Assembly (NCBI GenBank): GCA_009914755.4
Contig: CP068257.2
Location: 15,360,001 to 15,424,000, forward strand
DNA: 64,000 nt
Direction: 5' to 3'
Source of the DNA: the human T2T-CHM13v2.0 reference genome, Homo sapiens
Part shown: positions 12,937 to 28,455 of the stretch, in pieces
How the letters are laid out: every line of letters begins with the position of its first letter
Position numbering within the stretch: the first letter of the stretch is position 1
The notes under the pieces: generated by a model
Told to the model about the DNA's origin: nothing
Seen by the model: the letters and a program-made list of their open reading frames with translations, nothing else
Databases searched by the model: none
Position numbers and translations under genes: made by a program

Positions 12937-13500
12937 ACAATAAGAACTCAAACAATCCAATAAAAAATGGTCAAATGGCCTGAACATACACCTCATCAAA
13001 AAAGACATACAAATGGCAAATAACCATATGAAAAGATGTGCAACATCATTTTTCATTAAATAATTGCAAATTAAACAAAGAGATACCACTATACACCTAT
13101 TAGAGTGACTAAAATCCAAAAATTTGACAATAACAAATACTGGCAATGAAGCACAGCAAAAGAAACTCTCATTCATTTCTGGTGGGAATGCAAGATGGTA
13201 CAGCCACTTTGGAAGACAGTTTGGCACATTCTTACAAAGCTAAACATAGTCTTACCATATGATCAGGCTCCTAGTTATTTACCCAATTCACTTGAAAACT
13301 TATGTGCACAAAAATACCTGTACTCAAATGTTTATAACAGCTTTACTTATAACTACCCAAAGTGGAACCAACCAAGATGTTTTTCAATAAGTGAATGGAT
13401 AAGCAAACTAGGACATCCAAATAGTGGAACAGGATTCAGTGATAAAAGGAAATGATCTCTCAAGCCACAAAAAGGTAGGTCATGCTTAAATGCAAGCTAC
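12937..13500 (+). mobile_element. Ancient L1 (L1M-like) ORF2 C-terminal/3' region. This is the downstream part of the interrupted element.
   Basis: Continues the ORF2 homology exactly where 10340–11950 stops ('NNKNSNNPIKNGQMA…KKDIQMANNHMKRCATSFFIK…PLYTY…'). ORF 13195..13455 '…LVGMQDGTATLEDSLAHSYKAKHSLTI…' corresponds to L1M '…WWECKMVQPLWKTVWQFLKKLNIHLPYDPAIPLLGIYP…'. Confidence 0.7.
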
Positions 13501-14579
13501 ATTTAAATGCATGTGAATGCATATTGCAAGTAACAGAAGCTAGCCTGAAAATGCTACATGTTGTGTGATTTCAATTATATCATATTCTGGCAAGGGCAAA
13601 CTATAGAGACAAAAAATATCACTGGTTGCCAGAGGTTAGGGCATGAAGGCAAGAGAGGGAGGAATGAATAGGTGAAGCACAGTGCTCAAAACATACACAC
13701 ATACACGCACACACACACAAACTCACAATGATTAGGGTATGTCAAAGTGCCACAGGAGCCAACTGAAAGAGCTCCCAATGCCCAAAGATGGGGCAATTGG
13801 AGCAACAAAATAAAATAGTATTGGATAAAATAAATATCCACAAGTCCTTATGGATATAAATAATTAAATAAACTAATAAATGGGAGAGAAGAAACAAATC
13901 TATCCAGAAGAATTCCAAATAACTTATTTAGACCTTTCACCCTAAAATAGGGGAAGCATAACTCCCAGATCCTTAAGTCTTGGAAGCACATAGTAACTTT
14001 CTTCCAAAGAATACAGTATGGAAGAAAGGGGTAAGAAAAACAGTGAAGAAACCTGACAAACACTACATCAGCCATCAAAATCAACATCAATACTCATAAA
14101 TGCTGTAAATCGTACATACCCTGGATGTAATGTGATTAAAAATTATACTTTGCCTTTGTGATCTTTCTCCACAAAAACCATAACTCTAGTCCAATAGTGA
14201 GAAAAACATGAAATTCTAATAGAAAGGCACCCCAACAATGTATCTGACCAGCACTTCCCAAAACTATCAAGGTCATCAAAAAAAGGGAAAGCATGATAAA
14301 TCATCACAGCCAAAAGGGGACTAAGGACTCAGGACCCTAGAGTAGAAAATAAACATTAGGTAAAAACTAAAAAAAAAATCAGAATAAATTATGGACGTCA
14401 GTTAATAATATATCAATATTGGTTCATTAATTTTAACAAACTGTGCTAATGTACGATGTTAGCAATAAGGAAAACTGTGTGTGAGATTGAAGCATAGAGG
14501 GAGGATATATGCAAATTCTCCCTACTATCTGCTCCATCTTTCTGTAAATTTAAAACTTTTATAAAAAATAAAATCAATT

Positions 14580-14890
<311 letters not shown>

Positions 14891-15426
14891 AAAGTCAATT
14901 AATAAAATCAATATTCTGACAAGCCCATGATATAGTTTAATATAAGTAAGATCAATTTTTGGACTCCATATAACTGAGAGCCATTCTAGGGATCTTAATG
15001 ATGTCCACAAAAATGCAGTGCCAAGACGATCCAGCCTAAAAGAACTTGCCATCCTTACTCATTTATTATAAAATCTACAATACTACAGTTTTCTGTGATA
15101 CCAGTGCTTGTCAGAATATGAAGTACTTACATCTCCATCTTAGTCCTGCAACCTAATCTAGTAATTACCCTAATTCTTTCTTGTCATTCATTCACAGCTA
15201 ATCTTGAAAGATTTCTCTCTCACAATGGCATTTTCCATTCATTCTTCAATCCATAATAATCTGGGTTCTGCCCCAATTCACTCCCAAGGTCAATAATGGC
15301 CTACCTATTGCCAAAATCAATGGTCACTCACCCATTATCTTATTTTACTTTTCAGAAGTGTTAGACACATTATTTATTCCTTCCTTTTTTAACACGTGCT
15401 TCTTTTGTATTCATCACATCTTGGGG

Positions 15427-15427
15427 G

Positions 15428-15459
<32 letters not shown>

Positions 15460-15496
15460 GTAACTAAGAGGGGGAAGAGAGAGAGAGAGAGAGAGA
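15427..15496. repeat. (GT)n followed by (GA)n dinucleotide microsatellites
   Basis: 'gtgtgtgtgtttgtgtgtgtgtgtgtgtgtgtaactaagagggggaagagagagagagagagagag'. Confidence 0.95.
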
Positions 15497-16381
15497 TTCC
15501 TGTTCTGTCTTTAAACATTATTGTCCATAAAGTGCAGTTTAGCAAGTTTTTTACTCTGTTAGTCTCTCCATGTGACCACCTTAATTCCTATCACTTTAGT
15601 AACTACTATATGTTAATGTATCCCAAATTTTTATCTCCCATCCAGAGCTCTTTCATGAGAGTGAGAAGATGTCTTCCTACTTACAATGGCATTTTCACTT
15701 GACAGCCCTACTCACATATCAAAATCAACATGTCCCAGAATATCCTATCATCCCTGTCATTCAAAACTGCTTATACACTTATATTCTATATGTTAGTATA
15801 TGGTATGCCTATTGTTTACTCAAGACAATAGCATAGTTGTTAAAATCAGCTTCATCCTTACTTCAAATATAAAATCATCCCTTAATTATTTTCAATTGTC
15901 TGTTAATTTTTAAAAATCCATCAATTTCTATCTGTCCTATAATTTTCATTCTCATTTAAGCCATCATCGCTTGCCTAGTTTCCCACAACAGCCTCACACC
16001 AGTCTCCACACCTCCTTGCTTCTTCCTTCAAATCTGTTCTTCAGTCTCTCTCATCATTCCCCAATTCAAAGCACTGTATTAACTCCTCTTCGTTATTTGT
16101 TTGAGGTTTAAATGATATCATTTTGCATATAGGGCTTTTCATAATTAGGATCCTGGATAACCCTCCAGTCTACTTTTCTCCTTCCTTCCCTCCTTCTACT
16201 TCACATTATGCTAAACTGCTTTTAGTTCCTCCAATGTCTATGCTGCTGCATATTTCTCTACCCAACTCTCATTGTCAATCTAACTTCAGAGTTTTGCCTA
16301 AATAGACCTTCCTTCAGGATGCCTTCTCTAAATTCACAAATCTCAAGTAGTTGCCTCTCTATATATTACCACACCCTCTCC

Positions 16382-16438
16382 TTCTCTCTCTCTTTCTCTC
16401 TCTCTCTCTCCCCCCCACCATCTCTCTCTCTCTCTCAT
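16382..16438. repeat. (CT)n microsatellite interrupted by a C-run
   Basis: 'ttctctctctctttctctctctctctctcccccccaccatctctctctctctctc'. Confidence 0.9.
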
Positions 16439-17548
16439 TTCTAAATTTCCTGACTGCTTACCCATACTGCTAATTAAACTCCAAGCACTATGAAGTTAGT
16501 GAGAATATCTAAATTATTATTATCTCCCCAAGAATATCTAGGACAATGACTGACACAGTAATATTTGATAGATGGATTGATTGATCGATTGAAGGAAAGA
16601 TGGATGGATGATTAAAACATGAAAGTTGAAAAATCTAAACTCAGACCTCTTTTTAAAAAAATAAATAAATAAAACCTCTCTGGACTGAGTTACTCCTTGC
16701 TTGGTGCTTTTGATTTTAATACATTATCTCAGAAATAGCCTTAGTTTCTGTGAGTATAAAAAAAAAGTATAAAGAAGACTCACTGTGTCCCAAGTTTAAA
16801 GCAAGGATTTTCCAAGAGATCATTATTGCTCTAGGGTTGCAATCAGCATGTTAATCACCTAATACCATGTTTGGAACTACACATGAATGGACAGGACCAA
16901 AATTCCAAGACATCAAAGGACTCAAGTTGAATAATATCAACTTGAAAGTAATCAGAGAATGGTTAAAAAATGAATTGTCAGCAACTGAAGAATAACAGTG
17001 GGAATTAACCAGGACATGCTATGGGGCTATGACGGCAAATTGAATATGGGATGTATAAATAGCTACATAAGCCAAAATCAAATACTTGCTTCAGGCAGCC
17101 TTTAGACGTGACAGTTGGACAGTCCAGGAAGATTTCAAAGGTTTAAGAGAATAGATCTCGAGCAGATTAGGAAAGTCTGGATATTAATAGCAGCAAAATA
17201 TATGGAATAATAGGAGGTGAGATCAAAGATATTTTGCTATGCTTAAGCGCAGGAGAAGACTGAAAAACAAAACTATGGAGTGAAAAACTTGGAGGTCAAA
17301 GATACATACTCTATTTTCTCCAAATCAGCTTTTTTCATTCAAAACCAGCAATAGCCAAACAGCTTCAAAATGACTTTTTAAACTTTTTCCTTAAGTTATA
17401 CTTTAAAATTAAATAAAATCTCCACAGGAAAACTACTATTAGATATTTCCCTTTTGAAATGTGTAATTATAATGTCTTATGTTACAAATAAATAGGCACT
17501 AAAATGGCATTAATGGTAAACTCAATGTTAATCCAATTAAAAATAATA

Positions 17549-17919
<371 letters not shown>

Positions 17920-20900
17920 TTATTATTGCTTGTATTGTTTTGTTTTGTAAATGAAGACATCATCAAAGAGGAAATAGCTATTAATTTTTATCAATTTTGA
18001 AATCCTGCCTTTACATCTTCCTTCGCTGATGTCACCTCCACTTAGATCATTCAGAAAATAGTTGGCCAAGAAAATGACTATTCTTTATTTTTGTCCCAAA
18101 TGTTTTAGCTTATCTAATTCTAAAGATCCAAATCACCAGGTTATTGCAAATCTTCCACTTGATTTTTTCAGTATAAATTTGACCTACTAATGTTTAAAAT
18201 TCCTGAAGTACAGGAATGTGGTTCAGCTTTTCTCTGCTGTCACCTATGTGTCACACAATAACAAGAAGGAAAAAAAAAACCCTAAATGTTCAAAAAGTAC
18301 CTGTGGGGTAAACGAGTAAACCAAGAGTAAGAGAAATAAGTCCCTTAATCATTTGCTCACCTCGTGCCAGGTATAATGCCTAGGTGAAAAGAATGGTTAG
18401 AACATACTTGACCACCTGTCTTTTACCCATAATATCAAGCTACTAAATTGCTAATTTCTGAAAGGTCTGAGATACCTGGCCGTATCTTTTTGCCTATCTT
18501 TTTTGTTGATTTATTTTGAGGGGGTTCCACATTTTCTCATTATCTTTCTTTTCCTGCAGCAATTTGTGCATATAACTGCTTTTAATCCATAAAGTTGTTG
18601 TTACAAATAGTACTCTCTTTGATGAAGAACACTGTACTTGACAGGTTAATGATATTAAATTTTTTAATAACTTCCTATATTTAAATAAATAATGAGAAGA
18701 TGCAATTCATTTGTTTATTTTTAGTCCTTCAACCCTCTACAGGCAGTTAATATAGAGGAAGAAATTAAGGCAAACTCATTTCTGCCTCAGGAACTAGAGT
18801 TGAGCTCCTCTCCCAGTGTCAAATGTTTATTTGAATTTCCACACAGAATCAAGTGCCAATTATATTAAAATAATCTAGACACCTTCAAAATCTAAAGCCC
18901 CATTCATGGGATAAGTTGGAATCCAAAATTTATGGAAATAGTGATTTCATAGGTGTCTGTAGTAACTTGTTCCCTTGGCTAATGTGCCCATTGAACTAAA
19001 CAACACTGATGCAAAATTTTACGGGAAAATTATATTAGGTAGCCATAGGTGGAAACAACATCTGACTTTTCAGCTAGTTTCTCTTAAATAAAGAGCATTA
19101 AGTGTCATGAAGTAAAATCTATAATTAGATTTATGTTCCCCAAAACTAACACTCCAAAGTTTAGAAACAGGCATACCTGGTTATTTCAATTTATAATTTT
19201 TTTTTCTTGGAATTCTTTTTTGAATGCAGGGTATTTTTCTACAGTTCTTTGACTTAATATTCTCTGAGGGTAGATTTTTCTGTGTGCATTTACTCATTTG
19301 TTTGATTTTGGTTTTGCTCAGTAAAAAGATACTTTATCTAATTTCCTTTCCATATTTCCATTTGCTTTGTAAAATTAACTTAAAGCATGTGTACAGACTT
19401 GGATGAAACTCAAAGTAGAAATACATAACTTTCTTAGTGAGAAATGTAATTTGGTTTTTATAAAACAGTGTATCTTTTTTAATTGATGGACAAGTTTTAG
19501 AAACCACATATTCTTGGTTTGTGGCTATACTATCTAATTTTCTAAAATAGATTCATCTAGTTGCTCTCTGTATATACTAGTTGTGACATTCCCTTGTCGT
19601 TTCACAACTTTTTTAAAAAAAACTTGGCATATAAGAGTTCCCCTCCCTTAGGTATATTTATTCAAACTTGGATGGTGTGACAACAGGTATCAGGATTTTG
19701 CTACAGACACAGAAAAAAACTTGAGTCACACTCTTGTTTTCTTGAAGTTACCAGATGGTGGTGGCTGGCTGCTCCTCACTTAGGTATGAATGTTCAAAAT
19801 TGTAACTTTTGTTTAAGGCAGAACAAAAATTTTAAACCTGTTATTTGGAAAGGTGTTTTTTCTGAGCAACCTTAAGAAAACGAATGCCCTGGAAAATCTT
19901 TATTATTGATTCATAACATTCATTTTTAATAGATTTTATATCCTAGCTCATGTTTCACATTTTACACCATCTTCTTCTCAGGCCTGAAGGTAAAATTCTC
20001 ATGGCTGCCTATCTCTGGCCAGTGATTTTCTTTCTCTCTATTCTCTTTCAGCAACAGTTTAATCAAAGGGAAGGCAGTTTACTTTTTCAGACCCTCTGCT
20101 CCCATAATGACTTCCATATCTTTTATTAAATGTAGTAGGAGAAAAATTAAGCACTGTTAAACAGGGATAGATGTTGGTCAAAACATAAAAAATGATTTTA
20201 ATCAGTTACAATTTTGAACGTTTAAGGGAGAATAAGTTCAAGATATCTGTTGTAAATCATGGTGACTATAGTAAAACAACAATGTATTTTAAAGAATAAA
20301 ATAAAAGCTCTTATAGCATGACTCTGTTTTACATATCCAGAATCATTGAGATATTTGCATAAAGTGTCATAATTTCCCCTCTCCCTTTGGCTTTCTTATC
20401 CAGGCGCACTTGATTTCCACTGATATCAACTCCTTTAGCCTATTATGAGTGCATCTATACCCCTCTTTCTCTGACACTCTATTCCCAGCCTTTTCTCTTT
20501 CCGACATGCTCCTTTTCCAGCATTCTCTGCCTTGCTTTGGCATTCTTTCTCCAAGCCCACTCTCTTCTCTTCCTCTCTCTTCAAACTCCCATATACCTCC
20601 TCCGTTCTCATTTCTGCTGAATTGCTGATGGGATTTTCAGCTCCCATTCAACAATTTTTGTTTCTTTTCTTTCTGCCAATCTAGATATGAAATTTGGCCT
20701 CTTTTTTCTTGAATTTTACTTAAATAATAATAAACAAAAACACCCACAAATACAAAGTATATAGTAGATATTATTGAATGTTTTGGTGTCAGAGTTCTAT
20801 ATCAAAGTCATGCAAATACCTTAAAATTAAATATGACATATCCCCACTCTTAAAATTTTTTCAGCCAGTCTCATGTACCACTATAACCTGAGCTCACTCC

Positions 20901-22495
20901 CCCTACACACAATTTCAAGCTAATTTTTCATGTAGAGGAATTCAGCGATATTTTTGTAATCCTTATCACTTGCTAACTCATGCCTTGTTTTCAAGCCATG
21001 CCTTGAAAATCTCACTTTCAAGCCCCAAGCACTTAACGTTATTTTCCTTACTTATTAAAAAATAGTGTCATTTCTTAAGATCATAATCTTTTACTACTAT
21101 AAGTGACATTTTAACACTTTATAATGTCTTCAAAATAATGATTAACTCTATTCACATTATGTATCTTAATTATGAAAACTGCATAGTAAGGAATTACATT
21201 CAGCTGGAAAAAAATGACAAATTAAGGTGTTTACTTGTCTTACTTGAAGGGAGTTCAGAGCTAGGTTGCTGTGGCAGGTCTGAATGTGTTCAGGAATCTA
21301 GGCTTCATCTTCTTTCCACTCAGATGTCATTAACATCATTGTCACCTCATAGTCACAAGACGCATGTCCATCCTGAACATTACATCAATGTCCCAGGCAG
21401 GAAGATGGGAAGACAAAAGACAGAAGGTATGTGCCAACTTAACCTGGCTGTCTTGAGCTTTGATGGAAGCACCACCAGTATTTCCACTTATATCTCATTC
21501 TGTAGATCTGTTTCACAATGGAGGTACATTGTTACCCTCAACTAAACTGAAGTCCTGTTGTTAGGGAGAAAAGATTTTGACTATAGGGTCATAGTGTCTA
21601 CCAAAATAAAAGTTCTAATTCTTACAATTTCATTGAAAACCTATCTATTCTTCAGCTCATAACAAGGATCAGATCATATGGTTTTGGCATAGTGTATTGT
21701 AACTTTATATACCTTGTACTATTTTAAATCGTTAAACAACATATTACTTGCAATGGTCAGTATGGATGAATAATTTTGATGGTTTGCAGGTGCACGTCTT
21801 GGACTAGGTTTATCAACCTTATTGCTATTAATATTTGGGTCAGAAAATTCTTTGTTATGGAGGCTGTTCTCTGCCTTGCAAAATGTTTAACAGCACCCCT
21901 GACTTCTACATGCTAGAAGCCAGTAGCCCTCCCCACCTCTAGTTGAGACAACGAAAAATGCCTCCAGATATTGCCCATGCTCTCTGGGAGGAAAAAATGT
22001 TGTTGGCTGAGAAACACTCTCTTGGATGGATGAGATTTTTTTTGTAATGGCATTAAAATTACCTGGGATGTCTTTTAAAAAAGACTCTACTCCCAATTTT
22101 CTGATTCAGTGGATATTCTTTGAAGCTTCCTAATTTGTTTTCATTAAGTCCCTTGTATAATTCTGACACATACCCAAGTTTGGAAATCATTATATCATAC
22201 AAAGGCTAAATTACCCAGCAGTCAAGATGGAGCCTGTCACTTAGACAAATGATAAAAGGGAAAAAGCTAGAAGCACTTGGAACCAGGCTTGGAGAGACAA
22301 CCTCTGTTGAGGTCACCCACAAAGGAGCACAGCAAATTGTCTAAGTCATGGTGTCCAAAGGAAAAAGGTGCTCTCAGGATAGTACTTGTAGCTGAGTAGT
22401 ACTCTAAAACACTGAGAGTTATTACAATAGCTATTCAATCTTTCTGAACACAATTGGACAAGCATCAATATTATACATTTACAATTTAAAAGAAA

Positions 22496-23018
<523 letters not shown>

Positions 23019-23149
23019 TTATAACGATCACATAAATGATAATTATGGTAATATTACCATTAATAATATTAATGACTTCATTATAATGAAGTAAAATTAT
23101 CAAATTTTACACTTAAATAGAATCAATAGGAAAACAGAAAGTTTATTAA

Positions 23150-24320
23150 ATGCCTGAGAAAAGAGTATACAGAAAAACAAATATACATATTATATAATAT
23201 ATGTATCTACATACACACGTACAACATTATACTCACAAGCAACAACTAGTTAGAAGATATGATGGAAGATTCCATTTATGATGGCAATAAATATCTAAAA
23301 ATAAAATTAAGTAAATGTGAAAATTTATATTTAGGAGACTAAAGTGTACTGGAATGAATAAAAGTATAAGTCTGCTTCTTGGATAAAAAGACTCAACATC
23401 ATAAAGATAAATATTATCCCTAAGCTAATCACTAGCCATACATTTTTCTAATTAGCAAGGTGATTCTAAAGATTACGAACAATAATAAAGTAAGAACAAT
23501 GTAGCAGATAGCACTACCAGATATTAAAACAGATTTTAAAGGTTAAATGATTTAAAGTATGTTGTTAGTGCATGAGTAGAGAGAATCATGAAAGAAACAG
23601 ACTAAGATGAGAAATATGCAAAATACAAATGGGAATTTGTAACATGATTAAAGTGCCATTCTAAATCAGTAGAAAAAATAATTATCATTCACTCTATGAG
23701 AAGATCAAGGATTTAAATTTCAAAAATAAAACCAAAAAGTAATTTTAAACAATCAGTAAATTTTCTGTTTAAAACAAGGAAAGACCTTTTTAGCATACCA
23801 TCAAATCTGTAAGCTATTAAATAAAAGACAAATACATTTGACTCTTTAAAAACTAAAATAAAAAAATATGAATTAAAATACCACCATGAACAGAGTCAAA
23901 GGCAAATGTCCAATTGAGGGGAAGATGCAGCCTATAGACAAAGGACAAATTTCTACAGTATGTAAACAGCTTTACAAATCAACAAGATACATTGGCCAAT
24001 CTTACTGAAAAAATGAACACAAGATATGAACTAAAAGTTCATATATAGAGAAATAAAAGTGGTATTTTTAAAATGTGAAAGATGCAAAATTTTACTTATA
24101 ATAAGATAAATGTGAATTAAAAGACAATTGAGATACCACTTTCTATCTGTGTAACAAACATCCAAAAGCCTGATAACAATGGAAAAATCTGGACTCTCAT
24201 TCATCACGGGAGGATGACTTGCTCTATCTTTTTTGTGAGCAATTTTGAAAAATCTGCTAAAATTATCATTGTACAAACTCTTTGAACCAATAATTCCACT
24301 TTAGAAATTTACCATGTAGG
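23150..24320 (+). mobile_element. Ancient L1 (L1M/L1ME-like) 3'-region fragment
   Basis: Very AT-rich. Degraded L1M 3'-end motifs are present, e.g. '…ccaattgaggggaagatgcagcctatagacaaaggacaaatttctacagtatgtaaacagctttacaaatcaacaagatacattggccaatc…' and 'aagacaattgagataccactttctatctgtgtaacaaacatccaaaagcctgataacaatggaaaaatctggactctcattcatcacgggaggatgacttgct…ccaataattccactttag'. Boundaries are uncertain. Confidence 0.55.
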
Positions 24321-24339
24321 TACACATGTATTCGTTTTC

Positions 24340-24480
24340 TATTGTTAACATACTTGTATTGGTTTTCTATCACTGCTGTAACAAATTGCCACAAATTTAA
24401 ACTTCAGCATACACATTTATTATCTCACAGTTCTGTAGGTCAGAAGACAGATGGGTTTGGCTGTTTTTTTTAGTTTAGAA
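24340..24480 (-). mobile_element. ERVL-MaLR LTR fragment (MLT1/MST-like)
   Basis: 'ggttttctatcactgctgtaacaaattgccacaaatttaaacttcagcatacacatttattatctcacagttctgtaggtcagaagacagatgggtttggctg' reads as the reverse complement of the 3' end of MaLR LTRs ('…ctataacaaa.tacc…ctcacagttctg.aggc…'). Confidence 0.6.
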
Positions 24481-24989
24481 TCTCTCAAGGTTTTGACAGG
24501 GCTGTACTTTAATCTGAAGCTTCTGCTTATTCAAATTCTGCAGAATTCAGTCTCTTGCAGTTCTAAGGAAAAGAACCCCATTTATTTATATATCCATTCA
24601 TTCATTCAATTATTCGTTGATTGATTTATTTGTTGTTGACTGTCAGCTAAGAAGAGTCACCAGCTTCTAAAGGCTACCTGCCTGGAGTCCCTGAATTCTG
24701 ACTCACTTCTTCTATCTTAAAAGCCACAAAGATGGGTCAAGTTCCTCTCATGTTTCAAATCTCTTCTGCCTCTGTGTCCATATTGTGTCACTCTGACTGA
24801 CCTCTTCCAGTCAACTCAAGTTGCAAAAGTTCCTCTTCCACTTTTAAGAACCTGTGTGATTACGTTAGGCCCACCTAGGTAATCTTCCTATTTGACGATC
24901 CATGACCATAATTTCATCTGCACAATTCCTTGTACCATGCAATATAACATGCATACAACATAGCCCTAGAGGTTGAAAATTATAGGGTT

Positions 24990-25260
24990 AAACTTCTCCC
25001 TACCATATTGATATATATTCAAAACTATTTACAGCACCACTGTTGGCAATAGCAAAAATAAATGAAAACAATCTAAAAATCCTCCAAAAAGGACAGATTA
25101 AGGATATTATGGGAACTCGTACAATGGAACATTATTCAATTGTGAGTAAAAATTGAGGAAGAGCCCTATTTTCAAATACAAAAAGCTCTTAAGGACTCGT
25201 TAAGTGAAAAAAGCAATGAGCAGAACTATGCATACTATGCTACAGAATTTTTTTTCTAGA
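24990..25260 (+). mobile_element. Ancient L1 (L1M-like) extreme 3'-end fragment
   Basis: 'atatattcaaaactatttacagcaccactgttggcaatagcaaaaataaatgaaaacaatctaaaaatcctccaaaaaggacagattaaggatattatgggaactcgtacaatggaacattattcaattgtgagtaaaaattgaggaagagccctattttcaaatacaaaaagctcttaaggactcgttaagtgaaaaaagcaa…' matches the L1M ORF2 end ('…IHNSQKVETTQMSINR.MDKQNVVYTYNGILFSLKKEGNSDTCYNMDEP.KHYAK…') and 3'UTR pattern. Confidence 0.6.
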
Positions 25261-26061
25261 TAAACAAAAGGAAAAGAAAAGTAAATATAAGATTTTTGTT
25301 TAAAACTGAGACTGATTCTTTCAAGCAGAATAAAAGATATTTAACAGACTTGTAATTTTCATAACATGTAAACTTATTTCAAACAAAATTTTTAAAAAGA
25401 GAGTTAAATAAATTTCTTTGTGCATTTTGGTCTCTGTGGTTTTATTGTTGCTATTGTTGTTCATAGTTAGATACAGGTAAAGAAGGAAAGCTGGTCTAAA
25501 ATTAAAATGAGCTATGGAATTGCCTGCCACAAAAAGCTATATATCCTTCACAGGTTTTAACCAAGTATTTCATTTTCTCCTTCAGTTCCTTATGCATACT
25601 ATGTATGAGCTGTTACTGCCGCATCTCTAAAGATATCTTAATAACTAATAAAAACTGCAAAATGTTACTTTAAATTAAATCATCACAGTATTATTGGCCT
25701 TCAACCAATATTTTTAATGAAAGCATATTGTATAGCTGAATTACAAATTTGAAGCCTCTAGTTGACAAAATTGCAAAAGGAAAAACTCACATCTCAGAAA
25801 GTGGCATTTTATGGAAGCCTTCAAAAAATATGGGGGAAAAGCAATCTATCTTTCTCAAAAAAAGCTGTTTACTTTTACTTTATTTGTTTTTGAGCGAATT
25901 TAAAATCACATTTACTTGTTTCTCTTCTCATTGCCTTTTTGCCTATCTCATTGATATTTCAGGCTCAATAGATCCAAAGTCAGAACATGTTCCTTTCTCC
26001 CTACCACCTAACCCCAAATGTATCCCTTTTCTTAATGTCTCTGTCTCTGTTAATATTATAT

Positions 26062-26500
26062 ATCTGTCTTAGTTTGCTCCAAATACCACAACAAAATACC
26101 ACATACTGGGTGGTTTAAACAACAAAAAAACCATTTTCTTACATTTCTAGAGGCTAAAAGTCCAAGATCAAGGCACTGGCAAGGTTAGTGTCCTCTGAGG
26201 ACTCCCTCCTAGGTTTGCAGGTGGCCACCTTCTTGCCACGTTCTCAGGTGGTCATCTCTAGGTACACGTGCACAGGCACCCCGTTCTCTCTCCACTCTCC
26301 ACTCTCTGTATGTGTCTTGATCTTCTCTTCTTATAAAAATAACAGTTAGATTGAATTAGGACCCTCTCTGAAAGCCTATTTAACCTAATTACCTCTTTAA
26401 AGGTCCTGTCTCTCACATTCATAGGATACTGGGGGTCAGAACCTCGACATAGGAATTCTAGGAAACACAATCCAGCCCATAATAACATCCAAATATTCTA
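26062..26500 (-). mobile_element. MLT1-type ERVL-MaLR solo LTR
   Basis: 'tgtcttagtttgctccaaataccacaacaaaataccacatactgggtggtttaaacaac…ttctagaggctaaaagtccaagatcaaggcactggcaaggttagtgtcctctgagg…cttcttataaaaataacagttagattgaattaggaccctctctgaaagcctatttaacctaattacctctttaaaggtcctgtctc.cacattcataggatactgggggtcagaacctcgacataggaattctagg'. In the orientation read this is the reverse complement of the MLT1 consensus as I recall it. ORFs 25749..26072 and 26258..26488 are artefacts. Confidence 0.8.
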
Positions 26501-26957
26501 ATCACTCAAGAAGGGCTGATGCCGTTTGACTCCTTCCTCTCTTTACCTCTTTCCATTCAAATAGGTTTTGTACAGATTCTACTATGTCACCTTTTTGTAC
26601 TCTCCATTTCTACTCTAATGGAGATTTCTTATTTGGACTAATTCCTACAGCATGTTAACAAACTCTCCAATACTGCCTTACACTTTGCCAATAGATCTGT
26701 CTAAAAGTTTGCAGTGATAATTCTATATAAACTCAAAGACCTTCAGTGACTATTACATTATTTTCTAATGATTGCCTAATAATTACTTAAACTGCTTTTT
26801 AAAAATGTCTTTTAAGGCCTATTCTCATCTCTTTCCTAAGCCTCTAATGTTATGTCCCATGATTTCCCTGTAGAGACTTTAGTCTTAGAACAGTGTGTTC
26901 ATACTGTGCAGAAATAATTATTGGCGAATCATGACACTAATTTTGGCCAGCATTTAC

Positions 26958-27031
26958 GAATAGAATAGAATAGAATAGAATAGAATAGAATAGAATAGAA
27001 TAGAATAGAATAGAATAGAATAGAATAGAAT
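26958..27031. repeat. (GAATA)n pentanucleotide microsatellite, ~14 units, perfect
   Basis: 'gaatagaatagaatagaatagaatagaatagaatagaatagaatagaatagaatagaatagaatagaat'. Confidence 0.97.
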
Positions 27032-27786
27032 GGATCAGAGTAATATTAAAGAGTATCTAGATATTCATCCACATTATAAAGTTTTAGTTCAGGCCTCTTT
27101 TTCTTCTCCATCAAGTTATTCCTTGAGGCTTCCCTGAACTTTTTATTTTATGCCTTTCTCTGAATATTTTCCAGACATTATTACCTTATAGGTAATTAGA
27201 TTGTACAACACATGAATATAAATTACATTTATTTTCCCAAGCAATAACTGAATTCTGTGCACAGAAGTCCTTATTTTCTGAAATCTTTCCTCTGACTCTT
27301 GACTCACAGGTGGGTTCAAAACCTGGGAATGTGCCACGTGGTGACTCTGCACAGCAGCATGACAGCAGTTAAGGCATTAAAAACACCACATTCCCCAACA
27401 TTTATCAGAGTTTGAAACCTCCTAAGCACCCATTTTGAATTTTACACTGGGCAATTTAAATGTAACACTGAATGGACCTGAACTATTAGTCATGTACAAG
27501 TGCTGCTGTAAGTACTTAAAAAGATTTGTGTTGGTTAAACATCCACAGAGCTAGGGCGCTGCAAACCAACCAACAAAACAAAAACCTAGGAGCCAAAGTC
27601 TTCCTGACTGCTGGGAACAGAAGTGAAGTTTGGCTGTTACAGCAAAAGACTTAGTGGGATGGGAGGACCCTTTTATGGTAAAATAAGGTGAGAATACAAC
27701 ACAATATCTGGTCTAGACAGGGAAGGGATATAAATAACAGCAAATTATTTCTGATGGATTTTATTTTTTAAAGGAAATTTCAAAAT

Positions 27787-28309
<523 letters not shown>

Positions 28310-28455
28310 GAGTGAGGTAGTTTTTTGGGGTCTCTTTCATAAGGGCACTAATCCCATTTGTGAAGGCTGCACCCTCATGACCTAATCACCGCCCAAACTC
28401 CTGGTACCATCACCTTGGGTGTTAGAATTTCAACATATAAATTTTAGGGGAACAC
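28310..28455 (-). mobile_element. ERVL-MaLR LTR, right portion. It continues the LTR of 27787–28002 after the Alu.
   Basis: '…ctctttcataagggcactaatcccatttgtgaaggctgcaccctcatgacctaatcaccgcccaaactcctggtaccatcaccttgggtgttagaatttcaacatataaattttaggggaacacaaacattcagtcattagc' shows the canonical MaLR terminal motif. Confidence 0.8.
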
